Notes: generated from the letters alone by a model not told the origin. 32,000 bases of DNA from Rhodobacter capsulatus SB 1003 (GCF_000021865.1 NC_014034.1:2790001-2822000); one strand, 5' to 3'; shown: positions 17,052 through 27,763, counted from the first letter of the stretch. Program-made: numbers and translations.

Positions 17052-17390
17052 ATGCTGATCTACAAGATCCTCCGCCGCCCCGAATGGGATGCGCTGTGCG
17101 CCGCGGGTGAGACCGCGGGGGCCCCCGTCGATCTGGCCGATGGCTTCATCCATTTCTCCACCGCTGCGCAGGTCGTCGAGACTGCGGCGAAGCATTTCGC
17201 CACCGAAAGCGATCTGGTGCTGGTGGCGGTGGCGATCGAACCGCTGGGCGCCGATCTGAAATGGGAAGTGTCGCGGGGCGGCGCGCTTTTCCCCCATCTT
17301 TACCGCCGCTTGCGCCGGGCCGATGTGGTGTGGGACACCGCATTGCCGCTCGGCCTTTGCGGCCATATCTTCCCCGAGGCGCTGTTATGA
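17052..17390 (+). CDS. DUF952 domain-containing protein
   Basis: [15 protein letters not shown]...[12 protein letters not shown]...[16 protein letters not shown] is the DUF952 signature. The stop overlaps the pyrD start (ATGA at 17387-17390). Confidence 0.85.
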   Translation: MLIYKILRRPEWDALCAAGETAGAPVDLADGFIHFSTAAQVVETAAKHFATESDLVLVAVAIEPLGADLKWEVSRGGALFPHLYRRLRRADVVWDTALPLGLCGHIFPEALL

Positions 17391-18445
17391 ACATCACCGA
17401 ACGGCTGGGGCTGACGCTCCTGCACGGGCTTGACCCGGAAACTGCGCATGGTCTGGCGCTGAAAGCCCTGCAGATGGGGCTTGTGCCCGGTTGCGGCCCG
17501 GTGACCGGGGCGCGGCTGGCAACGACGGTGGCGGGGCTGGCGCTGCGGAATCCGGTGGGGCTGGCGGCAGGATTCGACAAGAACGCGGTGGCGCTGGGGC
17601 CGCTGATGCGGGCAGGCTTCGGATTTCTCGAGGTCGGCGCCGCGACCCCGCGCCCGCAGGAAGGCAATCCGAAACCGCGGCTGTGGCGGCTGGCGGAAGA
17701 TCGCGCGGTGATCAACCGCTTCGGTTTCAACAACGAGGGGATGGAGCCGATCGCGGCCCGTCTGGCGGCGCGGCCCGCGGGCGTGCCGGTCGGGCTGAAC
17801 CTTGGCGCGAACAAGGACAGCGCCGACCGGGCCGCCGATTTCGCCACGGTGCTGAAGCGCGCCGGCGCGCATATCGACTTTGCCACGGTGAACGTGTCCT
17901 CGCCCAATACCGAAAAGCTGCGCGACCTGCAGGGCAAGGAGGCGCTCGCGGCGCTTTTGCGCGGGGTCCTTGCAGCGCGGGCGGAACTGGGCCGTCCGCT
18001 GCCGGTCTTCCTGAAGATCGCGCCGGATCTGAGCCCGGCGGAGCTGGAGGACGTGGCCGAGGTCGCCCGTGCGGTGGGGATCGACGGGATCGTGGCGACA
18101 AACACCACGCTCTCGCGCGAAGGTTTGAAAAGTGCAAGTTCAAGCCAGGCGGGCGGGCTTTCGGGCGCGCCCTTGTTCGAAAAGTCCACGCGGGTACTGG
18201 CACATCTCTCGAAGCTGACAGAGGGGAAACTGCCGCTGATCGGCGTCGGCGGGATTTCCTCGGCCGAGGAAGCCTATGAAAAGATCCGCGCCGGGGCCTC
18301 GGCGGTGCAGCTTTACTCGGCGATGGTCTACAAGGGGATCGGTCTGGCGGCCGAGGTCGCGCGCGGCCTGGATGCGCTTTTGGCGCGCGACGGCTTTGCT
18401 TCGGTCGCGGAAGCCGTGGGCACCGGTCGCAGCCGCTGGCCCTGA
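17387..18445 (+). CDS. pyrD: Dihydroorotate dehydrogenase (quinone), class 2
   Basis: [26 protein letters not shown]...[12 protein letters not shown]...[20 protein letters not shown]...NRFGFNN...VNVSSPNT...GLSG...IGVGGI. The track start at 17261 is an out-of-context extension across DUF952. Confidence 0.95.
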   Translation: MNITERLGLTLLHGLDPETAHGLALKALQMGLVPGCGPVTGARLATTVAGLALRNPVGLAAGFDKNAVALGPLMRAGFGFLEVGAATPRPQEGNPKPRLWRLAEDRAVINRFGFNNEGMEPIAARLAARPAGVPVGLNLGANKDSADRAADFATVLKRAGAHIDFATVNVSSPNTEKLRDLQGKEALAALLRGVLAARAELGRPLPVFLKIAPDLSPAELEDVAEVARAVGIDGIVATNTTLSREGLKSASSSQAGGLSGAPLFEKSTRVLAHLSKLTEGKLPLIGVGGISSAEEAYEKIRAGASAVQLYSAMVYKGIGLAAEVARGLDALLARDGFASVAEAVGTGRSRWP

Positions 18446-18458
18446 CCCGCCCGTAGCT

Positions 18459-18479
18459 GCGGGGGTTTCACACCCCCGC
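18459..18479 (+). terminator. Hairpin downstream of pyrD (terminator-like, weak U-tract)
   Basis: gcgggggt (18459-18466), loop ttcac, acccccgc (18472-18479), 14 nt after the pyrD stop. Confidence 0.45.
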
Positions 18480-18573
18480 ACCCCCGTGGCGTATTTGCGC
18501 CAAGAAAAAGCACAGACTTTTGCCCGTTCACCCTGGCGCAAATCTCCCGGGGGGAGAGTGGCGCAGGCAAGTC

Positions 18574-18590
18574 GGGGGGCGGCGCCCCCC
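18574..18590 (-). terminator. GC hairpin immediately downstream of acs (terminator-like)
   Basis: gggggg (18574-18579), loop cggcg, cccccc (18585-18590), 9 nt beyond the acs stop at 18599-18601. No clear U-tract. Confidence 0.35.
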
Positions 18591-18598
18591 GCCTCCGG

Positions 18599-20569
<1,971 letters not shown>

Positions 20570-20611
20570 CTGTCCCTCCCTCTCTGACGGCGCGTCCCGG
20601 GCCTTGGAAAC

Positions 20612-20750
20612 CCGTCACACCCCAAGGCATCATTCCCCTAGGGCAATGTAAAGGGATTGTCACACCCAATGTAATTGTCCATTCCGACTAGGGGATTTTG
20701 TAAATTCGTTCACAGTGGGGATGGGCATTTTTGTAAATTTCGTGACTTTC
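20612..20750 (-). promoter_or_regulatory. AT-rich, repeat-dense putative control region upstream of acs
   Basis: Locally AT-rich in a GC-rich genome. TGTAAATTCGTTCACA (20699-20714) is a TGTnA-N6-TCACA palindrome. Direct repeats are ATTTTGTAAATT(T)CGT (20695-20709 and 20728-20743), CAATGTAA (20644-20651 and 20667-20674) and GTCACACCC (20614-20622 and 20659-20667). Confidence 0.45.
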
Positions 20751-20874
20751 CCGCCCTGTTCACGGTTTCGGGAGCAGGAGCACGGGCCGGGGCGCGAGGG
20801 CGCGGGGGGGCCGCGGCGATCTGCCGCGGCAGGGCTTGTGGCGCCCGGATCCGCAACGGCGGCCGAATCGTCGC

Positions 20875-22524
20875 TCAGGCGGCGTCGAGCCTCGCCAGCG
20901 CCGCCTCGGTGTCGGGGCAATAGCACAAGAGCGGTTCGGTCAAGCCCTGGGCGCGCATCGCCGCCTCGATCGCGGGCGTGGCGCCCAGCACCATCAGCCG
21001 CTCTCCGCGACGTCCCAGTTTCTGCGCCATCTGCCCGATCATCCGCGCCCCGGTGCTGTCGACGAAGCCGACCCCGGAGACATCGAGCAGAACCGCCCGC
21101 GGATGGCTGGCGATCCGGTCCAGCACCGAGCCCAGCCGCGCCACCGAGCCGAAAAACACCGCCCCGCGCAGGTGATAGGTGACGACATCGCGCCGCGCGG
21201 GACCGGTGCTGCGGGCATGCGTCACCCCCTCGTCCAGCGCGGTCATCTCGGACATGTGGCGGATGAAGACCAGCCCGCCCAGCGCGAAGCCCAGCACGAT
21301 GCCCTCGGCCAGATCGCGAAAGACGACGACGACGAAGGTGACGATCAGCACCAGCGCATCGCCCTTGGAAGAGCGGATCAGGGCGGCCATCTCGTGCCGC
21401 TCGATCATGTTCCAGGCAACGATGCCCAGAAGCCCGGCCAGCGCGGCCAGCGGGATGTAGCCCGCCAGCGGCGCGGCGACGATCATGAAACCGAGGATGA
21501 AGAGCGCATGAAACATCCCCGCCGCGGGGCCGCTGGCGCCGGCGCGGACATTGGTTGCGGTGCGCGCGATGGTGCCGGTGACGCAAAAGCCGCCAAAGAG
21601 CGCCGCCCCCATGTTCGCCACGCCCTGCGCCACCAGCTCGATGTTCGAGCGGTGCTGCGTGCCCGACATGCCATCGGCGACCATCGCCGACAGAAGCGAC
21701 TCGATCGCGCCCAGCAGGGTGAAGCTGAAAGCCCAGGGCAGCGCCGCCCGCACCGTCTCGAGCGAGATCTCGGGCAGGGCCGGGGCGGGCAGAAGCCGCG
21801 GCAGGCCGCCAAAGCGCGACTGGATCGTCTCGACCGGCAGGTTCAGCAGCGTCGCCGCGAGCGTGATCGTGGCGATGCCCAGAAGCAGGCTGGGCAGACG
21901 GGGGGCAAAGCGTTTGAGCGCCTCGATCAGCGCGACGGTGGCCAAAGCCACGCCCACCGCGGTCGGGCTGACCGTGTCACGCGCCGCCCAGAGCGCGGAG
22001 AGTTTTTCCAAGATCGGCCCGGGTTCGCCCCCCGCCAGGGTCAGCCCGGCCATATCCTTGATCTGGCTGGCGAAAATGATCACCCCGATGCCCGAGGTGA
22101 AGCCCACCGTGACCGGATAGGGCATGTAGCGGATCGTCGAGCCCAGCCGCAGAAGACCGAGCACCGCCAGCATCCCCCCCGACAGGAACGTCGCCAGCAC
22201 CAGCCCCGAAACCCCGGTCGCGGTGACGCAGGCCAGCACCAGCACGATGAAGGCCCCCGCCGGACCGCCGATCTGATAGCGCGATCCGCCCAGCGCCGAG
22301 ATCAGGAAGCCGCCGATGATCGCGGTGAACAGGCCCCGCTCCGGTCCCACCCCCGAGGCAATGGCGATCGCCATCGACAAGGGCAGCGCGACAATCGCCA
22401 CCGTCAGCCCGGCCAGAAGATCGGCACGCAGCCGCGCCAGATCGTAGCCCTCGGCAAAGGCGGTGACGGACATCGGCAAAAGGGGCTCGGCCCCGACCCT
22501 TGCGGGCAGGCTTTCATTGCGCAT
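20875..22524 (-). CDS. SulP-family inorganic anion transporter with C-terminal STAS domain
   Basis: LRADLLAGLTVAIVALPLSMAIAIASG..., multiple TM segments, and a STAS tail (YHLRGAVFFGS...LLDVSGVGFVDSTGARMI...LMVLGA). ATG at 22524 is preferred. The track start at 22557 is a TTG. Confidence 0.9.
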   Translation of the reverse strand: MRNESLPARVGAEPLLPMSVTAFAEGYDLARLRADLLAGLTVAIVALPLSMAIAIASGVGPERGLFTAIIGGFLISALGGSRYQIGGPAGAFIVLVLACVTATGVSGLVLATFLSGGMLAVLGLLRLGSTIRYMPYPVTVGFTSGIGVIIFASQIKDMAGLTLAGGEPGPILEKLSALWAARDTVSPTAVGVALATVALIEALKRFAPRLPSLLLGIATITLAATLLNLPVETIQSRFGGLPRLLPAPALPEISLETVRAALPWAFSFTLLGAIESLLSAMVADGMSGTQHRSNIELVAQGVANMGAALFGGFCVTGTIARTATNVRAGASGPAAGMFHALFILGFMIVAAPLAGYIPLAALAGLLGIVAWNMIERHEMAALIRSSKGDALVLIVTFVVVVFRDLAEGIVLGFALGGLVFIRHMSEMTALDEGVTHARSTGPARRDVVTYHLRGAVFFGSVARLGSVLDRIASHPRAVLLDVSGVGFVDSTGARMIGQMAQKLGRRGERLMVLGATPAIEAAMRAQGLTEPLLCYCPDTEAALARLDAA

Positions 22525-22611
22525 GGCGGCTTCTTCGTTATGGATACGGGGCAGCAAACAGCGCCGCCACGGTCGCTGTCAAGCCCGATGCCCTCACCAT
22601 TCGGAGAGACA

Positions 22612-23091
22612 ATGTCCGAAACGCGAAAAGATCCCGTGCAACCCGCCGATGACGAGGCCCGCCAGCTGGCGCGGGAGCTGATCACCGCCGCCCGCTTTGC
22701 CGCGCTGGGGGTGATCGACCCCGAGACCGGCTTTCCCTTCGTCAGCCGCATCGCGCTTGGCACGACGCCCGAGGGCGGTCTGTGCACGCTGGTCTCGGGG
22801 CTTTCGGCGCATTCGCGCGCGCTGCGGGCCGATCCGCGGGTGTCGCTGCTCGTGGGCGAGCCCGGGACAAAGGGGGATCCGCTGGCCCATCCGCGGCTCA
22901 CGCTTCTGGCCACGGCCAGCCCCCTGCCCCGGACCGCGGCATTGCAGGCGCGCTGGCAGACCGATCACCCCAAGGCGAAGCTTTACATCGATCTGCCGGA
23001 TTTCTTCTTTGTCGGCTTTTCCTTGCGCGCGGGGGCGCTGAACGGCGGCTTCGGCCGCGCCTTTCGCCTGGCCCCCGCGGATCTGACCTGA
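22612..23091 (+). CDS. Pyridoxamine-5'-phosphate-oxidase-like FMN-binding split-barrel protein (HugZ/heme-utilisation-like family)
   Basis: ARQLARELITAARFAALGVIDPETGFPFVSRIALGTTPEGGLCTLVSGLSAHSRALRADPRVSLLVGE is the typical PNPOx-like N-terminus. ATG 22612 has GGAGAG at 22603-22608. It is the only credible part of the 751-aa track ORF that is antisense to SulP. Confidence 0.75.
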   Translation: MSETRKDPVQPADDEARQLARELITAARFAALGVIDPETGFPFVSRIALGTTPEGGLCTLVSGLSAHSRALRADPRVSLLVGEPGTKGDPLAHPRLTLLATASPLPRTAALQARWQTDHPKAKLYIDLPDFFFVGFSLRAGALNGGFGRAFRLAPADLT

Positions 23092-23100
23092 GGCCCCGCC

Positions 23101-25392
23101 TCAGTTCGGCGTGTCGATGCGGATCACCACGTTGATCTTGCCCTTGGCGGCCTCGGGCCAGGTCACGTTGACCAGATTTTTCCCCGCGCCCTGCTCGGCG
23201 GTGATGAAGGGCATGGCCGTGACCCGGGCGCCCGCGGCATTGGTGATCGCCCCCACCGCCACCACGCTTTCGACATGCCGCGCCCAGCCGCCAAAGGGCA
23301 GATAGGCCGCGGCATCGGCGCTCCAGACCGATTGCGCGCTCGACTGCGTCACCTGCACCATCACCGGGTTCACCGTCATCTGGCTCACCGCGTTGAAAAT
23401 GTTGTTCTGGAACGTGATGTTGCGCATCCGCGCATAGTCGAGATCGGCAAAGCTCGTGTCCACCTTCTCGATCCGGTTGATGTTGCCGTTCAGCGCCTTG
23501 AAGACGTTGTTCGACACCGTCAGCCCCTGGATGTAATGGCCGCTGCCATAGGGCTTGATCGAGAGCCAGGTCACCCAGGCCGCGACATCATCCATGATGC
23601 AGGTGTTGCCGGTCATCGTCAGCCCGCCAAAGGAATATTGCGTGCCGAGGTTCGGATCGGGCGAATATTCGTTCGTCCATTCGATGAAGTTGTTGTCGAT
23701 GTAATTGCCGGTCACCGTCGATTGCACGTTGGGCGTGGTGAAGACCAGCCCCGGCACCCGCGGCCCGTCCACCTGCCCGTCGCCCTGGAACCAGTGGTTG
23801 CCCACGATCACATGGCCGGTGCCGTCCAGCACCATCGTCGTGCCGAAGCGCACGAAACGCGAATCGCGGATCTTGGTGTCATTCGCATTGACATTGACAC
23901 AGACCGAGGTCCGGTTCTCGACATTGACATCCAGCTCGTTCGACAGGAAATCGCAGCGGTCGATGTAGAGGTTCTGGCACCCCCGCCCGATCGAGGTGAT
24001 GGCGCGGTCCTTCGGCTTCACCATCCAGCAATCGCGCAGCCCGAACGTGTCGCCCTCGCGCGCCAGCAGGATGCCGCTTGCCACCCCGCCCAGCAGGAAT
24101 TCGACATTGTCGATGGTGAAGCGGGCCAGATAGTCGAAGCCGGAAAAATCAAGCGCGTATTTGTAGCGCCGGAACGTGTAGCTGCGCGTGCCCGAACCGC
24201 CGTAAAGCGGCTGCGACAGCGTCAGCTTGGCCGCGCCGGGATCGACCGCCAGCACATAGACCTCGCGGCCGACGCCGGTGCCGCTCACCCGCGCGCCGAC
24301 CGGGATGTTGGCGATATTCGTCACATTGCTCAGCGTCGTCGATTGCGACGTGGAATAGGTCGCGTTCGAGGTGACGGTGGTGGTGCTCCAGGCCGTGTTG
24401 TCGCTGACCGAGATCTGCCCGTTCGCCAGCACCCGCCGGTTCGACCAGCTCGAAGTATCGGGCACCGCCGCCTTGACATCGATCGGCCCGGTCAGATCGA
24501 CCCGCCGCCCGCACAGATCGAAGATGTTGTTGTCGGTATAGGACAAAAGCGCCTGCAACCCCTTCCTCAGCGCCAGTTCCTCGTCGCCGAAGGCCTTCGC
24601 ATAGGTCGGAAAGTCGAAATTCTTCTGCAGCACCAGCCGCGCCGCGGTCGGCATGATCAGCGTGCCGGTGAAGCGGATCGGGCTGTCGATCGAGAGCGAG
24701 GACCCGATGCGGTAGCTGCCCTCCGGCACGATCAGGCTGCGCCCGTCGGCGGCGGCATCGGCGGCCAGAAAGGCGGCGCGGTCATCGGTGGTGCCGTCGC
24801 CCTTGGCGCCATAGTCGCGCACATCGACCACATCCATCATGTCGCGCAGGAAAGCTTCGGTGATATCCTCGATGACGATATCCTCGATCCGCACCACGCC
24901 CCCGGTCTGCCCGGTCAGATCCAGCCCGAAATGGCCATAGACAGGCACCGTGCCCCAGGCCATGTCGACACCCGCGCGCGTGCCCGAGCCGACGATCGCC
25001 TGCACCGTCACCACCTTGCCATAGGTGGTCAGCGTGACCGGGCTGGCCACTTCGACCAGCCCGTTCACATGCGCATTCGCCGCGCTCATCGCATAGCCCG
25101 CGATCCGCACCGCGCAGAAATTGCCCGAGACCGCCTTCACCTTGGCGGTGATGCGCAGATAGACGCCGGGCAGGATCGGCGTCTGCCCCATCCAGCGCAG
25201 CTTCTGCGTGCTCTGGGTCTTGGTCATCTCCAGACAGGTGCCGAAATCGGCATCCGCCGGCACCAGCGCCGCATTCACGGCCCCCGCATAGGTGGCCGAT
25301 CCCGCCGTGCCATTCTCGCTCGACCATTGGCCCAGCCCCAGTTCGAAAGCAGAGGGGGTCAGGTTCACCCCATCGGTGATCGCGATGTTCAT
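23101..25392 (-). CDS. Orphan tailspike/tail-fibre-like protein: N-terminal jelly-roll (CBM-like) domain plus right-handed beta-helix (pectate-lyase-3-type) domain, no signal peptide
   Basis: ATG at 25390-25392 has AAGGAG 6 nt upstream, giving 763 aa. The N-terminus is MNIAITDGVNLTPSAFELGLGQWSSENG... (CBM4/9-like N-L-x-P-x-x-F-E-x-G-x-x-x-W). The VRDYGAKGDGTTDD motif (DYGAKGDG at nt 24793-24816) is typical of Pectate_lyase_3 / phage tailspike N-caps. Many N/G-rich beta-helix rungs are present (TGNYIDNNFIEW, TMTGNTCIMDD, VSNNVFKALNGNINRIE, ITFQNNIFNAV). There is no Sec/Tat leader. Confidence 0.8.
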   Translation of the reverse strand: MNIAITDGVNLTPSAFELGLGQWSSENGTAGSATYAGAVNAALVPADADFGTCLEMTKTQSTQKLRWMGQTPILPGVYLRITAKVKAVSGNFCAVRIAGYAMSAANAHVNGLVEVASPVTLTTYGKVVTVQAIVGSGTRAGVDMAWGTVPVYGHFGLDLTGQTGGVVRIEDIVIEDITEAFLRDMMDVVDVRDYGAKGDGTTDDRAAFLAADAAADGRSLIVPEGSYRIGSSLSIDSPIRFTGTLIMPTAARLVLQKNFDFPTYAKAFGDEELALRKGLQALLSYTDNNIFDLCGRRVDLTGPIDVKAAVPDTSSWSNRRVLANGQISVSDNTAWSTTTVTSNATYSTSQSTTLSNVTNIANIPVGARVSGTGVGREVYVLAVDPGAAKLTLSQPLYGGSGTRSYTFRRYKYALDFSGFDYLARFTIDNVEFLLGGVASGILLAREGDTFGLRDCWMVKPKDRAITSIGRGCQNLYIDRCDFLSNELDVNVENRTSVCVNVNANDTKIRDSRFVRFGTTMVLDGTGHVIVGNHWFQGDGQVDGPRVPGLVFTTPNVQSTVTGNYIDNNFIEWTNEYSPDPNLGTQYSFGGLTMTGNTCIMDDVAAWVTWLSIKPYGSGHYIQGLTVSNNVFKALNGNINRIEKVDTSFADLDYARMRNITFQNNIFNAVSQMTVNPVMVQVTQSSAQSVWSADAAAYLPFGGWARHVESVVAVGAITNAAGARVTAMPFITAEQGAGKNLVNVTWPEAAKGKINVVIRIDTPN

Positions 25393-25596
25393 CCGAAACT
25401 CCTTCGTGTTCGGCCCGCCCCAAGATGCGGCACGCAAAGGCCGGGCGCGGCGCAAACACGCCACGCGACCGCCACCGGCGCTCCGCAGGATCGGGGATTT
25501 CACCGGGCCATCACGCCCCGGCCAGACCAGACCTAGCCGTGAAAATTGAAGAAGATCTGACGACAGCGCGCGCTGCCCGGCCCCCGGACAACGCGC

Positions 25597-25611
25597 GCAA
25601 AAGTCTTTTGC
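25597..25611. promoter_or_regulatory. Perfect 7-1-7 palindrome GCAAAAG-T-CTTTTGC between lysK and the tailspike-like gene
   Basis: Read directly from the sequence. It lies 21 nt downstream of the lysK stop (25632-25634) and about 205 nt upstream of ATG 25392. A 1-nt centre makes a protein operator more plausible than a stable terminator. Confidence 0.3.
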
Positions 25612-25631
25612 ATCAAGGGCTCAGCCCGTGA

Positions 25632-27236
25632 TCAGGCCTTGATCAGCCCGCCCGCCAGCGCGGTTTCCATCAGCGCGATGGTTTCGCTGACGCCATAAAG
25701 CGCGATGAACCCGCCAAAGCGCGGCCCCTGGCTTTGGCCCAAGAGCACCTCGTAAAGCGCGGTGAACCAGTCTCGCAGCGGCTCGAACCCGTGTTCGGTG
25801 CCGACGGCGAAGACGATCGTCTGCAGCCCCTCGGACGGGTCCTCGAATTGCAGATGCAGGTCGGTCGCGGGCAGCGCCTTCAGCCGTGCCAACAGATCCT
25901 CCATCGCCGCGCGTTCCTTGTCGGAGGGCAGCCGGAAGGTCCGGGTCGGCGCGACGAAATCATGGAAGTAGCGCACCGCAAAGCCCGCCGCCGCGTCCAG
26001 ATCGGGGTGGGTTTCGGGCGTCGCCTCGGGCGCATAGCGCTTGATGAAGCCCCAAAGCCCGGCCTTGTCGCTTGCCCCCGCCACCGAGGCGAGGTTCAGC
26101 AGCATCGCAAAGGGCACCACCAGGTTCGACTCGGGCGGCTGGCCGCCGTGAATGTGCCAGACCGGGTTGTCGATCTGCTTCTCGACCGGCTGCGTCGGAT
26201 AGGCGCGCAGCTGCTGATGGTATTCATCCACCGCTTTCGGGATCACATCCCACCACAGCCGCTTCGCCGTCTTCGGCTTTTGATACATGAAATAGGACAG
26301 GCTTTCGGTCGCCGCATAGCTCAGCCATTCGTCGATCGTCAGCCCGTTGCCCTTCGACTTGGAAATCTTCTGCCCCTGATCATCCAGGAACAGCTCATAG
26401 GTGAAATGCTCGGGCTTCCTGCCGCCCAAGACCTCGCAAATGCCGTCATAAATCGGCGTGTTGGTCGAATGGTCCTTGCCATACATCTCGAAATCGACAT
26501 CCAGCGCCGCCCAGCGCATGCCGAAATCGGGCTTCCACTGCAGCTTCACCTTGCCGCCCGTCACCGGCAGCGTCCATTCGCGGCCGTCCTCGTCGTCAAA
26601 GGTGATCAGCCCGTTCTTCGCATCGACATGCTTCATCGGCACGTAAAGCACGCGGCCGGTTTCCGGATGGATCGGCAGGAAGCAGGAATAGGTCTGCTGA
26701 CGTTCTTCGCGCAACGATTTCAGCATGATCGCCATGATCGCGTCATAGCGTTCGGCGCAAAGCATCAGCATCTCGTCGAACTTGCCGGACTTGTAATAAT
26801 CCGTCGCGCTGGCGAATTCATATTCGAACCCGAACGTGTCCAGAAACCGGCGCAGCATGGCGTTGTTGTGATTGCCGAAGCTGTCGAATTCGCCGAACGG
26901 ATCGGGCACGGCGGTCAGCGGCTTTTGGATATTCGCGTAAAGCAGCTCCTGCTGCGGCACGTTTTCGGGCACCTTGCGCATGCCGTCCATGTCGTCGGAA
27001 AAGCACAAAAGCCGCGTCGGAATGTCCGAGATGATTTCAAACGCGCGGCGGATCATCGTCGTGCGCGCGACCTCGCCAAAGGTGCCGATATGCGGCAGCC
27101 CACTCGGGCCATAGCCGGTCTCGAACAGCACATGGCCCTTTTTCGGCGGCGCCTTTTCGTAGCGTTTGAGCACCCGACGCGCTTCCTCGAAAGGCCAGGC
27201 TTTGGAGTTCATCGCAGCGTCGCGCAGGGTGGTCAT
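25632..27236 (-). CDS. lysK: Lysine--tRNA ligase, class I
   Basis: [15 protein letters not shown]...[31 protein letters not shown] (class-I HIGH-type motif) and KISKSKGNG (KMSKS-like). ATG at 27234-27236 has GAGGA about 7 nt upstream. The track start at 27305 adds 23 aa. Confidence 0.95.
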   Translation of the reverse strand: MTTLRDAAMNSKAWPFEEARRVLKRYEKAPPKKGHVLFETGYGPSGLPHIGTFGEVARTTMIRRAFEIISDIPTRLLCFSDDMDGMRKVPENVPQQELLYANIQKPLTAVPDPFGEFDSFGNHNNAMLRRFLDTFGFEYEFASATDYYKSGKFDEMLMLCAERYDAIMAIMLKSLREERQQTYSCFLPIHPETGRVLYVPMKHVDAKNGLITFDDEDGREWTLPVTGGKVKLQWKPDFGMRWAALDVDFEMYGKDHSTNTPIYDGICEVLGGRKPEHFTYELFLDDQGQKISKSKGNGLTIDEWLSYAATESLSYFMYQKPKTAKRLWWDVIPKAVDEYHQQLRAYPTQPVEKQIDNPVWHIHGGQPPESNLVVPFAMLLNLASVAGASDKAGLWGFIKRYAPEATPETHPDLDAAAGFAVRYFHDFVAPTRTFRLPSDKERAAMEDLLARLKALPATDLHLQFEDPSEGLQTIVFAVGTEHGFEPLRDWFTALYEVLLGQSQGPRFGGFIALYGVSETIALMETALAGGLIKA

Positions 27237-27340
27237 GGTCAAATCCTCATCCGGGCGCCCCATGCGCCTCGCGCCTGACCTATTGAACGGGGCCTGAAAC
27301 GTCAATAATTCTTGCGGCAGACCCAGAAAAGGAAACGCCC

Positions 27341-27763
27341 GTGACCGACACCCTGCCCTCGCTTTCGCCGCAAGACGCGCTTGTCGCCGTGATGGTCGCC
27401 GTCTCGGCCTCCGACGCGAAGATCCGCACCGCCGAACTGGTCGCCATCGAGCGGATGGTGAACCACATGCCGATCTTTGCCACCTATGACATCGACCGCA
27501 TCCGCATCGTGGCGCAGACCGTCTATGCGCTCTTCGAGGAAGAGGAAGGCATCGCCGCCCTGTTCGGTCTCGTGCGCGCGGCGCTGCCCAATCATCTTTA
27601 CGAAACCGCCTATGCGCTGGGCTGCGACGTGGCGGCGGCCGATGGCGTGCTGCACCAGCCCGAGCTGCGCATGCTGGAAGAAATCCGCGACGAGCTGACG
27701 ATCGACCGGCTGCATGCGGTGGCGATCGAATGGGGGGCGCGGGTGCGCCACGTCACGCTCTGA
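27341..27763 (+). CDS. TerB-like (tellurite-resistance TerB family) protein
   Basis: GTG start at 27341 with AAGGAAA upstream. [29 protein letters not shown]...[29 protein letters not shown] is the two-repeat helical pattern typical of the TerB/DnaJ-like-N family. Confidence 0.7.
   Translation: MTDTLPSLSPQDALVAVMVAVSASDAKIRTAELVAIERMVNHMPIFATYDIDRIRIVAQTVYALFEEEEGIAALFGLVRAALPNHLYETAYALGCDVAAADGVLHQPELRMLEEIRDELTIDRLHAVAIEWGARVRHVTL

Noticed and set aside
20570-20714. TGT-N10-ACA at 20699-20714 read as a NifA-type UAS implying a sigma-54 promoter for acs
   Set aside because: Scanning the minus strand between the site and the acs start, I found no GG-N10-GC (-24/-12) element. The best candidate, TGGACAATTACATTG, has TG instead of GC at -12. 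The site is therefore reported only as a generic dimeric-regulator palindrome.
25393-25503. 37-codon N-terminal extension of the tailspike-like ORF (MKSPILRSAGGGRVACLRRARPLRAASWGG...), which could have been read as an Arg-rich signal
   Set aside because: The sequence is not a plausible Sec or Tat leader because it has no hydrophobic core. A near-perfect AAGGAG SD sits 6 nt before the internal ATG at 25392.
23092-25631. Prophage, genomic island or IS element around the tailspike-like gene
   Set aside because: No integrase, transposase, flanking direct or inverted repeats, tRNA, or any other phage-like ORF is present. Both neighbours are ordinary housekeeping genes, only 9 nt and 239 nt away.
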